Notes under the pieces: generated by a model
Seen by the model: the letters and a program-made list of their open reading frames with translations, nothing else
What the model was told of the DNA's origin: nothing
The model's database searches: none
Made by a program: the position numbers and the translations under genes
Part shown: positions 35,073 through 48,200 of the stretch, piece after piece
How positions within the stretch are numbered: the first letter of the stretch is position 1
Layout of the letters: every line of letters starts with the position of its first letter
DNA from: Asterias rubens
Lineage: Eukaryota
NCBI RefSeq assembly: GCF_902459465.1
Contig: NC_047067.1
Span: 6,758,001 to 6,822,000 of the forward strand
Length of the DNA: 64,000 nucleotides
Direction: 5' to 3'

Positions 35073-35375
35073 TAAGCCTACTCAATTGACGTCTATAAAA
35101 TCTGAACAATTTTCATAGTACATACCTTAGATATAGATTACAGTGAGGTTTCATATTATGGGCATATACTGTACACGAAAAAAATGCCATTAGGGTAACG
35201 GAGTTTGACTCATAGTATGATTAGGCCTATTCGCCCGCGAAAAAATCTTTGTCCGAATTATTCCTGGTAAAACTTGTTTAACAAAGCAGATGTTTTAACG
35301 ATAATAAAAGTTATGGGCCCCTTACTAAATGAGATTGACATGCAACAAACCATGAAGGATTTTTTTCTCCATGAA

Positions 35376-35786
35376 AGACCTGCTTGAACGAAAATGTCAA
35401 GTCGTGAACTTTGCTGAATTCCACTTAAAATGTTTTCGATGAATCAGGAAATCGAGTCATATGATTATAAATAGGTTTCAATTATGTAAAAAAAACAATC
35501 ATTAACGTCATAAGTAGATAAAGCCGCTTTGTTGCAGCGTGGATGTATAACAAAGCAAACTCCCACAAATGACGTCAGCGGCATTGTCCTTTGACGCCCG
35601 CTCTCAACGGCAGAAGTGTTTTTAGGTTTTCAAAAAACCTTTAGGTAGGGGCCTGATTTTTTAACCGATAATTACGAAAAGTTCAGCAGTGTACACATAT
35701 CAAAATTACATTAAAATGGTGAACAAGTGCATTATAAACAAGTAAAAATACCATTTCTGTTGAAAACATTCCGCTCAGGTAGCTGT
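35376..35786. mobile_element. TTAA-type MITE family C, second copy (inverted relative to 15812-16288)
   Basis: Near-identical reverse complement lacking an about 66-bp internal segment; flanks TGAA and TTAT. Confidence 0.8.
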
Positions 35787-36400
35787 TTATTAACCAACCA
35801 ACCATGAATAAAATTTCATCCTATCGTGAACTCACGTATGCCTATGACAAGGAGGGCCTATACGGTACCTGCTTTGTTGTGAATATTGTTGAATTGTCAA
35901 AACAATGGCAATGAAAAAATAGAAAGAGTTTGTCCTATAGGGGTAGGGGAGTGTGAAAAGTTAAATACCATTGCAAAGCAAGGTCGCTGTTTTATTCATG
36001 TTACGAATCAAAACAAACATCCACCCACTAGCGAACACATCCCATGGCTACTTTGTATATAGGCATAGTAGATCAAGCACACGGTGTAATTATGTGATGT
36101 AGCCTAAATTTATCATGCTGACTTTTTGATGCGCGGCCACCAGCCAAGTCATGAGAAAGAACGACTACTGGTGGGCCAGGCTTACTGTGGGAAGACACCA
36201 GAAAAGATTGCTTAACAAAAAATTATGCTTAGCATAAAATAATGAGCTAGATACCAGTCCCAAAATGTACATGTGCCATGGTGTTTTGGCTGGAAACCCT
36301 GTCCTGATAAGCATAATATTATTGTGCTTGCTATGCTACTTCTTTTGTGCTTCAAGCATGCAGCTCTATATGAAATGGGGCCCTGTATCTGTGTACCTCC

Positions 36401-36814
36401 TAGTCTTGGTTCCAAGACCATTGGTGTTGCGCGGTCACACACAACCAACATTCCGATATATGCACGGCATGCAAATACTGTACACGCTTTGTAATGACCG
36501 AACGCTAGCGGGCGCTCTGTTTCTCTGATTTTCGGATATAGACCTTTTCGCAAATACTGGGGCGCGCGCGTAAAGCTTGGAATTAGGTGCATTATGGTCT
36601 AGCTGGTATCCAAATTTGATTCATATCTATCCCACAATGCACATCATTCAACAGTCTGCGCTTGCGCATTGGTATTTGCGATAAGGTCTATCTGAGAAAC
36701 TGAGCGCCCGCTAGCGTTCGGTCATTACAAAGCGTGTACATTTTTTGCCGTGCATAGATCGGAACGTTGGTTGTGTGTGACCGCGCAACACCAATGGTCT
36801 TGGAACCAAGACTA
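36401..36814. mobile_element. Mutator-like hairpin MITE with 9-bp TSD, carrying a second MITE at its centre
   Basis: TSD TGTACCTCC on both sides; about 130-bp arms starting TAGTCTTGGTTCCAAGACC; 36539-36690 matches the free copy at 52263-52412. Confidence 0.85.
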
Positions 36815-39800
36815 TGTACCTCCGTGCCTGAAGGAGAAGGGTACTTCAGTCGACCCTCCAATTCGATGTTTGGGTTCCTTGAAGAGCTGTGAAATTTGCC
36901 TGTGATCCTTGATCAACTGCGAAAACTGGAATTCGTGTTGGAGAACAATGGCGACACTTTGGTGCCGTTTAGATGTAACCTTGCGATGATGCGCAAAATA
37001 TTGTCTCTCGGTTGACCTAACAATTCAAGTCCCTCGGTGGGTCCTAGCTCTATGGTTAGACATCTCTATTACAGAAATGTGGGGGGGGGGGGGTCATTTA
37101 ATCATTGCAACTCAAATCCGGTAAGCTGCACTTGGATTTTATACGAAACACAGCCATGACATTGTGTATTTTATGTACGACAACATAATTGAATGTGTAC
37201 AGCTAAACAGCAGGGTCGTTTTTTTTTGAAAACAGAGAAATCACCCATTTTGCCTAAGGGACGGCTTTGACTTTGAGGGCTGATTTCAGTAAATATTTGC
37301 CCGTGTCGACTCGTCTATAACGGACTCTACTTAAATCCATTGAACCAAATCGAGAATGGGTGGGGAAAATTGTATTTTTTTTTTTTTTTTTAATTGAAAC
37401 CCCTCCCCACCGAACCCCAAACAAGTAACAGCAACAAGCAACCAAACAAAAACAAACAACATCCCAATAAACACAACCAAAACCTCCAACAACAGCAACC
37501 CAAACCATTGGTAACACCTGGAAGAATGTCTGCCTCCTCCATGGCCTACCATAGCAGACATTTTGTTTGACTCGTTAGCGCACTTTGCCAGTAGCAAGCA
37601 ATTTGAGGCACACACACTTTTAGCTGATACTAAGGAGAGTTACAAAAGAAGAATTGGTAAATACATTTTTATACACCGTGACATAATCAAAGATTATGTT
37701 CTGCTTCGTTGACGGGAACGGTCATACATCATAAAGTATCTCTTTTATTGCCTTTTTTTCGTAAACAGTATTTTGCAAAAGAAAAATAAGGCGAACAATT
37801 CTTCAAAAGGTGTTTCTACGCCCCAGTGGCCACACTAAAAACGCCTTAGATGTCGTCTATCACGTGTTTTAATCAATTAACTACAGAGTCCAAGTCTTTT
37901 TCCATGACAATTTTTCAAGGTCGCTGGAGCTATCCCAAGGTTTGGAGGCGGTCACAGCAAGGTAGTGATGAAAAAAATACCTCTGAAAAAATCACGATAG
38001 TCTGAATGCCGCCCAAGTAAACATAATCAGTCATGCTCTCTAAATGCAAAGAATGAAAATCACTCTTTGAAGAGCCATATTAGGGACAACTCCTTTTCGA
38101 GTGGTCTTCCACTCTTTTAGATTGAAGTTTGCATCTATTTGAGTAATTTTTCACTCTGTCCTGAAATGAAACCCCTCTAAAAGAGTACATCCACCACTCT
38201 TTATAAAGAGCCATAATTATGAGGGACAACTCGTAAAGAGTGGTGTTTTTCACTTTAACATTTAGAGGGGTGAAAGAAGACGACTAAAGTTTGACCTACA
38301 AGGCCTACTGTGAAACCCAGCATGCCGAACAGTTCAATATCGTTTTAAAACATAAATTCCACCTAAGAGTAATAAAACGCCAGCTTCTGTTTCATTGGCA
38401 ATGAAGATTTTGGGAAACCAGTTTTATCGCAGAATGTGTTTTGGGGTGTACGTGTGTAAAATAAAAAAAACGTGAAAATATGGGCTTTATCCGTTCCATG
38501 AGTCAGGATAAAATAAATGAACAACCAAGACCAGCTGAAGCCGTGATTTTCTAAACGGTTTTCGGATATGGTTTTAATGAATAAGACTACATTTAAAAGT
38601 GAAATCATTCACACAGGGATAAAAATGTTTATTGTAGGTCCCTAAATGTACTTCCGATTGCAATCAGTGTGCTTATATCCTTTAGCACTCCTTTAGGTAC
38701 ATGGTACTTTTAACAGTTTTATTTATTTTCTTATTTTTGTTTTGTTTATTTCAGAACATTTTCTTTCCGAAAGTGTCAATAGAAAATCTAGCAAGTTTTT
38801 TAAGAGTCTATGTGTTGTCCAAACATTTACGACCAAGAGTCGTAACATTCGCCATGTATGCATGACCTGTCATGTACAGTGACGTCACGCACAGACAATA
38901 TTGTTGCTTTATTGCAAAATGCTCAGCGAAAAAGGTTAATTCCCTTTTGATGCAACTGTTTGCAGTGGGGTAAAGTTTAAAATTCTTCGTATATAATAGC
39001 CTGTGGGTAACACAACCATTCATCATGCCAAAAATGTTAAAGTAGTGTCATCATACAAATTTTCATCAGTTTTTCAAATAACTTCCAATCTTAGTTAGTT
39101 TGGACATTTTAATATTTCCCTCAAAACAAATTTTAATATTTCCCTCAAAACAAAGATAATTAAAATCCACCTTCACCGTCGAATACAATCTATAGTTATT
39201 TAATAGCCTGCGATACATTGTCACATAGATAAGGAATACCATCATCAAAGCACTTAAGGCCATACATTTGGCGAAACTATTGAAATTATACAACTTAGAA
39301 TGGTGAACCATAGTTATACCGCATTTCTTTACTCATAAAATAATGCAAACGTTTTGTTCAAAGCAACACACCATGAAAACATGGCGTGCTAATACCGGCC
39401 TTATAACCCGACCTATACTTTGAGCAAAGGAGATTGCACAAATAAAAAACACATACAACTATATTCAATGGATCCATTGAAAATGTAATTTCACAATCTC
39501 TTTTACTGGAAATGTAAGGTGGGTAGAAAGGGTACAGCACTTTCTATTGCAACATCACAGCTCCAGTTTTTGCTAACCGAGATTTGAAAATTGTAAATGA
39601 AAGCCATAGGCCTATGCCACAGTTTTTTTACACAAGTAGGTTATTAAACAAAATTGTGTTGAATTAGTTGGAAACAAAGCAACCAATTATTTGAGTTTTT
39701 TTAATCAAATAAAAAGGTGCATAACAATGTTGAGTTGGTTAAAACACTCTTGTTGATCTGCGTAGATTACAAGATGTTCCACCTGGTTTCGTGAGATCAA

Positions 39801-40427
39801 AATATACTCCCATCAAAGAACTGAATTAGCTCACCATCAAAAACAGTGTAGGCGTAGATACTGTCGTCATTACCAACGGAAAAGTCACCCATAATATTAT
39901 AACTCAAGAGCATGCAGCATCTCTCATCTAACAGGAAAGTGTAGGAAATTTTCCAACATTATGACTTGGGACCAGTTTCATCACAGGCATAAAGGTTCAT
40001 TATGTCTGTGAGTTTCATAGAGCTGCTCAAGCACAAAAAAGAGCTAAGCATTTAACAGATAAAGTCACCCGTTATCACGCACATGTACAATTTGTGTCTG
40101 GTGTCGTGCTTCTTTCTGCTTAGCAGACAATTTTGAAGCAATATTTTCCGCTTAAGCAGCTCTATGGAATCGGGCCCTGTTCTAATCGGCCGGTTAAAAC
40201 CTTGCAGGTTCGCGGCGGGACGATATTCGTTCCGCCACGACCCTGCCGGTTTAAAACGGCCGTTTAAGACCTCATCGCCATTCTTTTAACCCCTAAATCA
40301 TTGACAAATCGTCAGCATTTCACCCTAAATTAACAAACACTGGGAAAGAATTTTGTTTTAAGTCACAGAGTTGTAAATCATTATCTACAATTTGCAAACA
40401 AAAAAAACTACCGTTGTGTAATTTTAA

Positions 40428-40792
40428 AGGCAGTGAACACTATTGGTAATTAGTCAAAATAGTTATTAGCATAAAACCTGTCTTTGTATCGTGTAATGAG
40501 GAGAGGTTGGTAGTATAAATTGGTGTGAGAATTGGCTCCCTCTGAAATGACGTATAAGTTTCGAGAAAGAAGTAATTTTCCACGAATTTGATTTCGAGAC
40601 CTCAGATTTATAATTTGAGGTCTCGAAATCAAGCATCATCGTGTGACAAGTGTTTTTTTCTTTCATTATTATCTCGCAACTTCGACGACCGATTGAGCTC
40701 AAATTGTCACAGGTTTGTTATTTTATGCATACGTTGAGATAAACTAAGTGAGAAGACTGGTCTTAGACAATTACCAATAGTGTCCAATGTCT
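40428..40792. mobile_element. MITE family A copy
   Basis: ttaa|AGGCAGTGAACACTATTGG ... GTGTCCAATGTCT|ttaa. Confidence 0.85.
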
Positions 40793-41230
40793 TTAAAGAT
40801 TTTGCCTAAAAACACAGGCTTTACAAACACAACTGAGCAAGTACCTTATAACAAGACGTAATAGTAAACTTGCGGGAATGTCCATGTGTACATTTCTTAT
40901 GGAATGAGAGATGCTCTAACCGGGCTACTGTGGTCTCGACTTTTTGAACAGCTCGTCTTCAGTTTCTTCTCCTGAAGACGAGCAGACTTACTGTTTTTGA
41001 GCCAACACTTGTCTCAAAAGAAATGTACATGTACTGGTTTCTACAAGATTCCTGGTGTATAGACCTTTATCACCAGTGGCTATACTCGGGCAAAAGAAGT
41101 CTTGTGCCATGAGAACCAGTATTAATTTTCGCTAATGTACACAGGGAACAAGATGGTCTTGATATGATTACAGGTCTACAGTTACGTCTTATTATTCACA
41201 ACGAATTGCAAAGCGTCAAACAGCACTTAA

Positions 41231-41505
41231 AGATGCTATGTCAGATTTTTGGCCCCAAACATTAAAAAATTTAAAAAAACATTAAAAAATTTAACAAGTT
41301 TAACTTTTACTTTTAATGGTCAGGAACCATGAAAAAAAATTTAAAACGTTTCTAATAAACACATAAGAATTTGTCACGTGATTAGTGTCGGGATCCCGAC
41401 AAAAACTAATAAAGCTTGTAGCTTCCTCGACCCCCATTAAAATATCTATTGAATTTTAAATCAACATTTTTGGGTCAACTCGGCCAAAAATCTGATATAG
41501 CATCT
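41231..41505. mobile_element. TTAA-target MITE family D (275 bp)
   Basis: ttaa|AGATGCTATGTCAGATTTTTGGCC ... GGCCAAAAATCTGATATAGCATCT|ttaa. Confidence 0.8.
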
Positions 41506-42463
41506 TTAAGTTTTTTCCCAAAAAACATTACACGCTTTACCAAAAATGACTTGAATAATACCAAACTGAAAAGAAGTTGAGACTAAAAAATACACATTGC
41601 TGTTTAAAACCAGTATATTATAACCATGGTAAAATTGCTGCAAAAATGTACATATTATTATAGTAACAAAAATATCATATATATAAAAAGAAAAGAAAAA
41701 AGTACAGTTTGCTATATCTTAAACATAATTATTTCTTCAAGTGTTTAAAAACGACACAAAAAGCATGCGTTTTAAAATTCTGCGTAAAAAGGCACTTCAT
41801 ATTAATACCAAACACCAATTAAAAAAGGTACACTAAAAGTTTTCAAACTATACAGTGCTTTACAAGATTTCTAAATTCTCATTATATCTTTCCGAATCTA
41901 CAAATTAATTGCCAAGGAGAAAACCAGCGAGTTGGGATGGTGCGGACGGGATTTTTGCAATTAGGCTAGCTGATTTATTAAACCCATGCTGAAAATATTG
42001 TTCAGCGTTTCGTTGAAGAAAAAAAACAAAACAAAAACATCAAAATTAACTGGCAGAGAGCAATAGTTTCACACTGTGTTCCCATGCAAACAAATCGAAA
42101 TCATGAAACAACAAATCCCAAAAACATTAGGGAATGGCATGCTAAGAATAAATTATAAATGATGGTAAACTCGGGGTACAACCATGTACGTGTAAACATT
42201 ATTTTGTGTGGGAGTGTTGGCTCTGAAAAGTGCCGGTTCGGTTCGACGTTTCGGAGAGTATACTCTGATCGTCTTCAAGAGAAACCAACAGTTCGCTTGT
42301 CCCCAGCATGTCCCATCAGCGAAAAGCAATAGGAGCCAACACTTCCTCAAAAGAGAACACATTGTTGTACCCGCAAATTCACTACAACAAATTTACCGTT
42401 CATTCTTATCCTTCACATCATGCAAAGCTTCAAACATCACTGAAGAGCATGCTGTTTACGAAT

Positions 42464-45223
42464 TCATTTTCTAAATATACCCCAGCCACCTTTTTTCTTC
42501 TTGTTCTGCTCTTCTGATGAACCAGACTGTTTCTTTGACCTATCTTGCTTCGTAGCAACAGTCTCACCGGTATCGGCTCCCTTGGTAACGGACGCTAATT
42601 GGTTGGACGGTGGTATCGCGTACTCGTGCCTTTTCTTCTCTTCCATCTGCTCGTAATACTCGCCGCCCGACGAGTCTGTGTCCGAAATCTTTTGCGTTGT
42701 CTTTGCGAACTTTGACGGCGTCTTGAGTTGGGTTGGCCCTGCCTTCTTCATGATCATGTAGCCCTTGACTTCCCCTTCGACATCCTCGAGTTCCATGTAG
42801 GATGCTTGGGATGCGGTTGGTGACTTTCGGCCGACTTTGCTTCCCGTAGCCGCTGTTTCGTCCCAGTCAAATGCCTCTCCACCCTGGTATGAGTCGCACT
42901 CGGAACTGATGTCAGCGCCGTAGTTGGTGTACTGGCTGTCGGGCTCCAGGGTGAAATAATCCGGGTTGGCCTGCTGCTGCTTCCCAGAAAAGTACGGAAC
43001 CTTGTAGGATTCGTCAGTGGAAGTACTGTCTTCTCTCTTAGCGGGCCTGGGAGCTCGTGGGTCCGGTAGAGGCGCTCTTGAAGACACAGTTGCCCTCGAA
43101 GACCCCTGTTTGGTTTTTCTTCCCCCTGTCACAGTTCTGAGAGATTTCTGATAGACCGCATCTCCCATATCATTGTCGGTTATGCCCTTTGAATACACGG
43201 GCGATCCGGGTGGGGTGCTTTCATAGGCGTCACTGCCGCTTTTGCTCGTCGCCGTCCCCGGTCGGTACTTGCTAATCTGTGCCCTGCTGTCTTTGCTTTG
43301 GATGGTGCCAGTTAACATGTAGGATGGGTTGTCATTCATCGTGGATCCCTGTTTCTGGATAGACTTGACGTCCTGGTTGAAACCCATGTATGAGCTACTC
43401 CCAGCATAAGTACTACTCTCACCAGACATTTCATCGTTGCCTAACTTGGTGGACTTCTTCCCCGTGGCCGATTTAGAAGCAGTGTGCGAGGAGTTTGGTG
43501 TTTTTCGAAGGGGTTGGTAGGTAACTTTTCCAGAGCTGGATTCTGGTACTTTGGCATTGAGGTCCATGTACGCTGTTGTGCCAACCTGGTGTGGAGGTTG
43601 TGTGAGGACTGATGCACTGACTGTTTTAAATGCACTCTTCTTGGGAGCCTCGTTCGGTTTAGACGATTGATGTTTCCCTCCAGTTGGCTTCTTGACGGGG
43701 TTTTTATTTGATGACTTAACAGGTGACTGGACCCCTCTTTGCTCTGCAGTTTTTGTGCTCCTCTCATGCAATGTACGAGTCAACTTGGGCGAGACGTAAG
43801 ATTTATCAAGTTTATCCAGCATGGGCAGTGATATAGCATGGTGAGACTGTGCCTTCAACAATGAGGCAGAAGAAGTGAGTGGCGTGTATGTTGTGGCCCC
43901 ACCTTTCGACGAGTCGCTGTCGGATGGTTGTGGGAAGGATCTCCATGACTTGCGCCTCTGATCTCGCAGCAGTTTCTCTGAGGTCATGGCCCAGTTGGTT
44001 GAGGTGGCCGGCCAGGTCAGGACCATGCTGGAGTTTTTCTTCCGGTCTTTCGTGTCACCACTTGAGCCGATTTGGCGATTAGATTCCCCGTGTTTCAGCT
44101 TGGAGGAAAAACTTTTGAGTTTGATGAGAAGACTGGTGATAATGATGCATAGGATGACATTGACAACAGCGGTGAAGATGAAGGCACCGAACCATGGCAG
44201 ACAGAGTTGAGAAGTTGGATGGGTTGGTAGGGTGGAAACAATCCTAGAGCGGTCGAGCAAAATAACACTTCCGGCCTCTTCGAAACTGTTCTTGTGTGGT
44301 ACCTGGCAGACCACGTAGGTCGAGTTGTCTTGTATTTGGACGTTTTTCACTGTCAGAACGGAACCATTTTCCGTCAGGACCAGTCTATCCGCACTGATAC
44401 GTGGGTAGGTCACCCACTTTAAATTCGGCATGTTCGGTTCCGTGGTGCACGAAAACTGGATGTCGGCTCCTTCGGCAACACTCGGGATACTTCGGGTGAC
44501 GGAAACAATCGGCCGCTCTATCACCCGAAGAGGACCGAGAGTACAGTCTTGGTTCAGGTTGGGGTAAGCAGGGCTACTGACTCGGCATACGTACACGGCA
44601 CCGTCGAGGTCCGATGTTGTGTACAGATCAAGCTGAGCTACAACCATGTTGGGCAGTTCGTCCATTCGGTAAACCGGTTGCGGCAAGGTGGAAAACTCCG
44701 TCGTCCAAACGGAACTGATCTGTGGGTTGCCGACCTCTGACATGCATGACACCGAAAGCTCCGAGTCCGTGAGAAGAGTCAGGGGACCTGACACAGAGCA
44801 CTGCGGATAAATATTAGCCGGGAAGTACAGTACTGAGAGGATCAGAGACTCCGATGCCACAGCCGAATAACCGTCATCGTTGCCCTGTAGAACCTGGCAC
44901 TGGTAACGGCCATCGTCATCCCGAGTGACGTCATTAATGTTGAGGGTGTAAGTGGTCACATTGTCCCCTCTGTCGTTCATGACAAGTTCGAATCGCGACG
45001 ACATCATGTGACCCATGGAATCACCCCACGTGATGAACTTCTGGTCCTTATTCCAGATGATGATTTGCGAGTCGCCCATGTCTTGGACATCGCAAGTTAG
45101 CGCCGTTGAGTAACCCTCCATAGGGTGACTTTGCGTTGTGGTTGCCGTCAGTACCAGTCCATCCACATGCTTTAGAATAACCAGCAACACTACACAAAGA
45201 ACACTTGACATAATGCTCTTCAT
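42464..45223 (-). CDS. Type I membrane IgSF receptor, 919 aa, whole CDS in one exon
   Basis: Signal peptide MKSIMSSVLCVVLLVILKHVDG; three Ig domains (ALTC..W..DDGRYQC; VSC..W..YVCRV; FSC..KW..YVVC); TM at about aa 342-369; about 550-aa low-complexity cytoplasmic tail; acceptor ttataacag 17 nt upstream of ATG. Confidence 0.92.
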   Translation of the reverse strand: MKSIMSSVLCVVLLVILKHVDGLVLTATTTQSHPMEGYSTALTCDVQDMGDSQIIIWNKDQKFITWGDSMGHMMSSRFELVMNDRGDNVTTYTLNINDVTRDDDGRYQCQVLQGNDDGYSAVASESLILSVLYFPANIYPQCSVSGPLTLLTDSELSVSCMSEVGNPQISSVWTTEFSTLPQPVYRMDELPNMVVAQLDLYTTSDLDGAVYVCRVSSPAYPNLNQDCTLGPLRVIERPIVSVTRSIPSVAEGADIQFSCTTEPNMPNLKWVTYPRISADRLVLTENGSVLTVKNVQIQDNSTYVVCQVPHKNSFEEAGSVILLDRSRIVSTLPTHPTSQLCLPWFGAFIFTAVVNVILCIIITSLLIKLKSFSSKLKHGESNRQIGSSGDTKDRKKNSSMVLTWPATSTNWAMTSEKLLRDQRRKSWRSFPQPSDSDSSKGGATTYTPLTSSASLLKAQSHHAISLPMLDKLDKSYVSPKLTRTLHERSTKTAEQRGVQSPVKSSNKNPVKKPTGGKHQSSKPNEAPKKSAFKTVSASVLTQPPHQVGTTAYMDLNAKVPESSSGKVTYQPLRKTPNSSHTASKSATGKKSTKLGNDEMSGESSTYAGSSSYMGFNQDVKSIQKQGSTMNDNPSYMLTGTIQSKDSRAQISKYRPGTATSKSGSDAYESTPPGSPVYSKGITDNDMGDAVYQKSLRTVTGGRKTKQGSSRATVSSRAPLPDPRAPRPAKREDSTSTDESYKVPYFSGKQQQANPDYFTLEPDSQYTNYGADISSECDSYQGGEAFDWDETAATGSKVGRKSPTASQASYMELEDVEGEVKGYMIMKKAGPTQLKTPSKFAKTTQKISDTDSSGGEYYEQMEEKKRHEYAIPPSNQLASVTKGADTGETVATKQDRSKKQSGSSEEQNKKKKGGWGIFRK

Positions 45224-48200
45224 CTTTCCAATCGTTTCTGCTGTTATAAAAATGAGTTATTTCCTCGCGGTCGATTTCTTGAAAATGGAAGTTTTTTTCA
45301 AATGTCCTTCCTCTATAATCAACGGTTGAACATGATGACGTCATGAATGGACCTCTAGCGAGGTTGAGTTCAATCTTTTGTGACTTTGGTAACGATAATA
45401 TTGATTCCAAAGATAGTCTTTTTGTTAACCGATCATGAAGTAAACAAACTTCACTGTTCAATTTGCTGTTTTTGTGTTTCGAGGTCACCGGCCAATGGTG
45501 TTCATGAAGACAAAGCAAATTCCTTGAGGTTAAGTCTGGTATCTGGTAGTGACATCCCTCAATAGAATGTTTTGTTCATCACAGACTAGATTACTGTGTG
45601 GGTCAGGTACGGGCCACCAATGTTGTCTTGAAGACATCTACTTCCCTTGACTTCGGGTCCTCTTTGAAGTGACTCCTTTGGGTTGTTCTTTGAATGAGTG
45701 ACCGGGCTCGTCAGGATTTAGTATGAAGCTTTAGCTTCATGGACACCCTGTAAATAAAAAGGGAAAACAAAGCGTTTAAAAAAACTCCTTCAATTTTTTT
45801 TTTAAACAATGAACCGCTCGTGTAACTGGGATTTGAAGCATTGTATTGTGAGGTATCGATGTGGTATGCGGTAAATGACACATGTGTATATCTTGCTTAG
45901 TAGATTGTGTTCTTTTGAGAACACATTCGATATCATTTACTTGATGAAGACAATTTCAAGTTTTCATATCGCCATACTTTTTCTTTACACACGTACTATA
46001 AGAAAATATAATTTTTCAAGTTGATGAATAAAGTTTCCAGTTTGTAAACTTTTGTTCTCAGTATGGCGCGCGGCAAGGTTAGTGTCTGGGTCACGTTTTG
46101 GTTGTTTGCTCGGGTGGGTTTTTGTTACATGACGGGTCGGCTTCAGCTATGGACGGACATTAAAGGCAGCAGTGAAAGTGCCACATTGACATAAAATTAC
46201 GCAGTAAATCGATTAAAACCATAAGCAAACTGTCTATACCAGATTTAGTCATATAATTGAAAAAGACACAAGCAAGTATAAATTCAGAACAGTGGTAAAC
46301 CTGTATAATCATGGGTGTTGGCCGCCCTAAAAGCAGCTACCCTGATAAGAGGCTTTGCAAACGACGTCGATTAAAACATAACGTACACACAGTGCATCGA
46401 ACCACTAGCTCTATAATCAAACCAACCACACAAAATATACTTTAGGCAAGAAAAATAGTTTTGTATAGCCATAACAAAACCACAGAGAACTAACCCATGA
46501 AGTTATTAATGACAGCAACCATTAAAACAAAACAATTAACACAAGTTACAAAAGATCGTCTAAATATATGACTACATTTATCCATAGGTTTGGTCCTAGA
46601 ATAACTTTAGATCAAACCTTCAAATGCATCCCACTCCTGTCAAAGTTCCGTCTTCCTTTTACCATTGAGAAGGAAATATATATAGGGATTGATTTGCATG
46701 AAAAGGAATAACCACCAAAATGACCTCACTATAATAAAAGGCATGTTAAACAGAGATGGCTAACATGTCAAAACTTGCCACGACATGTGAATCTGTACAC
46801 AATAATGGTTTTGTTTGTAAGTTTGTTTACAAGTCTCATTTGAACCATTTGACAAATTAAAAGCATACAGTTAAATCGTCACAAGACTTCAACGAACTTA
46901 TCCAGCAAAGGAACATGGTGTCTCGAGAATCCTCTCGTAACGAAGACACTCATGCTGCCGATTTCAATCATGAAGGACACATTTGTAATAGCACGGCAGG
47001 ATGAGGATGTGATCATTGTGACTTATTGATGATAATCATAGAATTTGGCACACAATCGGAGTTTAAGTAGCGAAAGACATTTAGCCTATAGGGACGTTGC
47101 AGATTTCCCCTTGAAAAAAAACCCCAGAATAACAAGCAGTTTCGAAATTTCCAAAATGGCTACGTAGATTGCTTTCACTACCTTTCACTATTACTGTATG
47201 TTTTGTTTTGACGATCTGATGTACGTTTTTGTGAAATGTTGTGAATAAACCATTATCACCCGGGATAACAAAAAATTAAAAGAATTAACAGCTAAGTATC
47301 TTTGTCTCATGACATGCTCTGACTGTATACCAAATTCAATACTGTATTATCGGGGCACAATATTGCCCTAAATATGTTCCCTATATTTGCCCTATACTGA
47401 AAATAATAATTTGTAATAAAAATGAACATCAAACTGTTCCAATTTTTTTCGCCGATTTTGGGTAACACTGACTTTAATGGATAAAAAGAACTCGATAATA
47501 TAGCTACATTTTTCAACACTTTGTCATTTTAGACAAAATGTTTTGTGAACACGATATCATTATTACTGACATTTTTGAAGGATAAATTAATTTATTTCAT
47601 AATTTGTTTGAGGAGTATCAGTAAGAAAGCCGGACTTTTAATAGTTGAAAAGAATTTATAGAGGACAAACAAAATATTATGAACATGAACATGCAGTCCT
47701 GTATTAGTAAACTTTGATAAGTTGATTTAACCTTATGTTGTTTTGTTTGTGAATTTGTTTAGTACCGGGGTATAATTATTCACATCACCCAAAAATCATT
47801 CACATAAAGATTTGTTAAAGTTCATGCAATTAATATATTAGATGATACTGTGGACGGTTAAGTTACTTCAATACTATTAGAAAGTACCTCCCCGAAGTTT
47901 TGAATGCAACGACGTATGAGCTGGTAGGTGAAAGTTATCAATTTGTATGTTATAAATTAACACAAACAAAATTATACGACACAAAAGACAGAAGTATAAC
48001 TTTGAAAACCAAATGAATATCGGGTATAAAATAAGTCAGCACATAATCTTTGAAACAATTCAAAGTTTGAATAACACACTAGATTGTTTTTTAAAGTTAC
48101 CATGTGAAACAGTGTTTTTCTTAACTTCGATTTATCGCATCAGCGTACTTCTCAGACAATTTAAAACAATTTTTTTTTCAGCCCATATCTGTGTTTTTTT

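Noticed and set aside
43441-45565. Alternative-frame and antisense ORFs over the Ig receptor (likewise over fj and BCL2L13)
   Set aside because: Expected shadows of long GC-richer coding regions.
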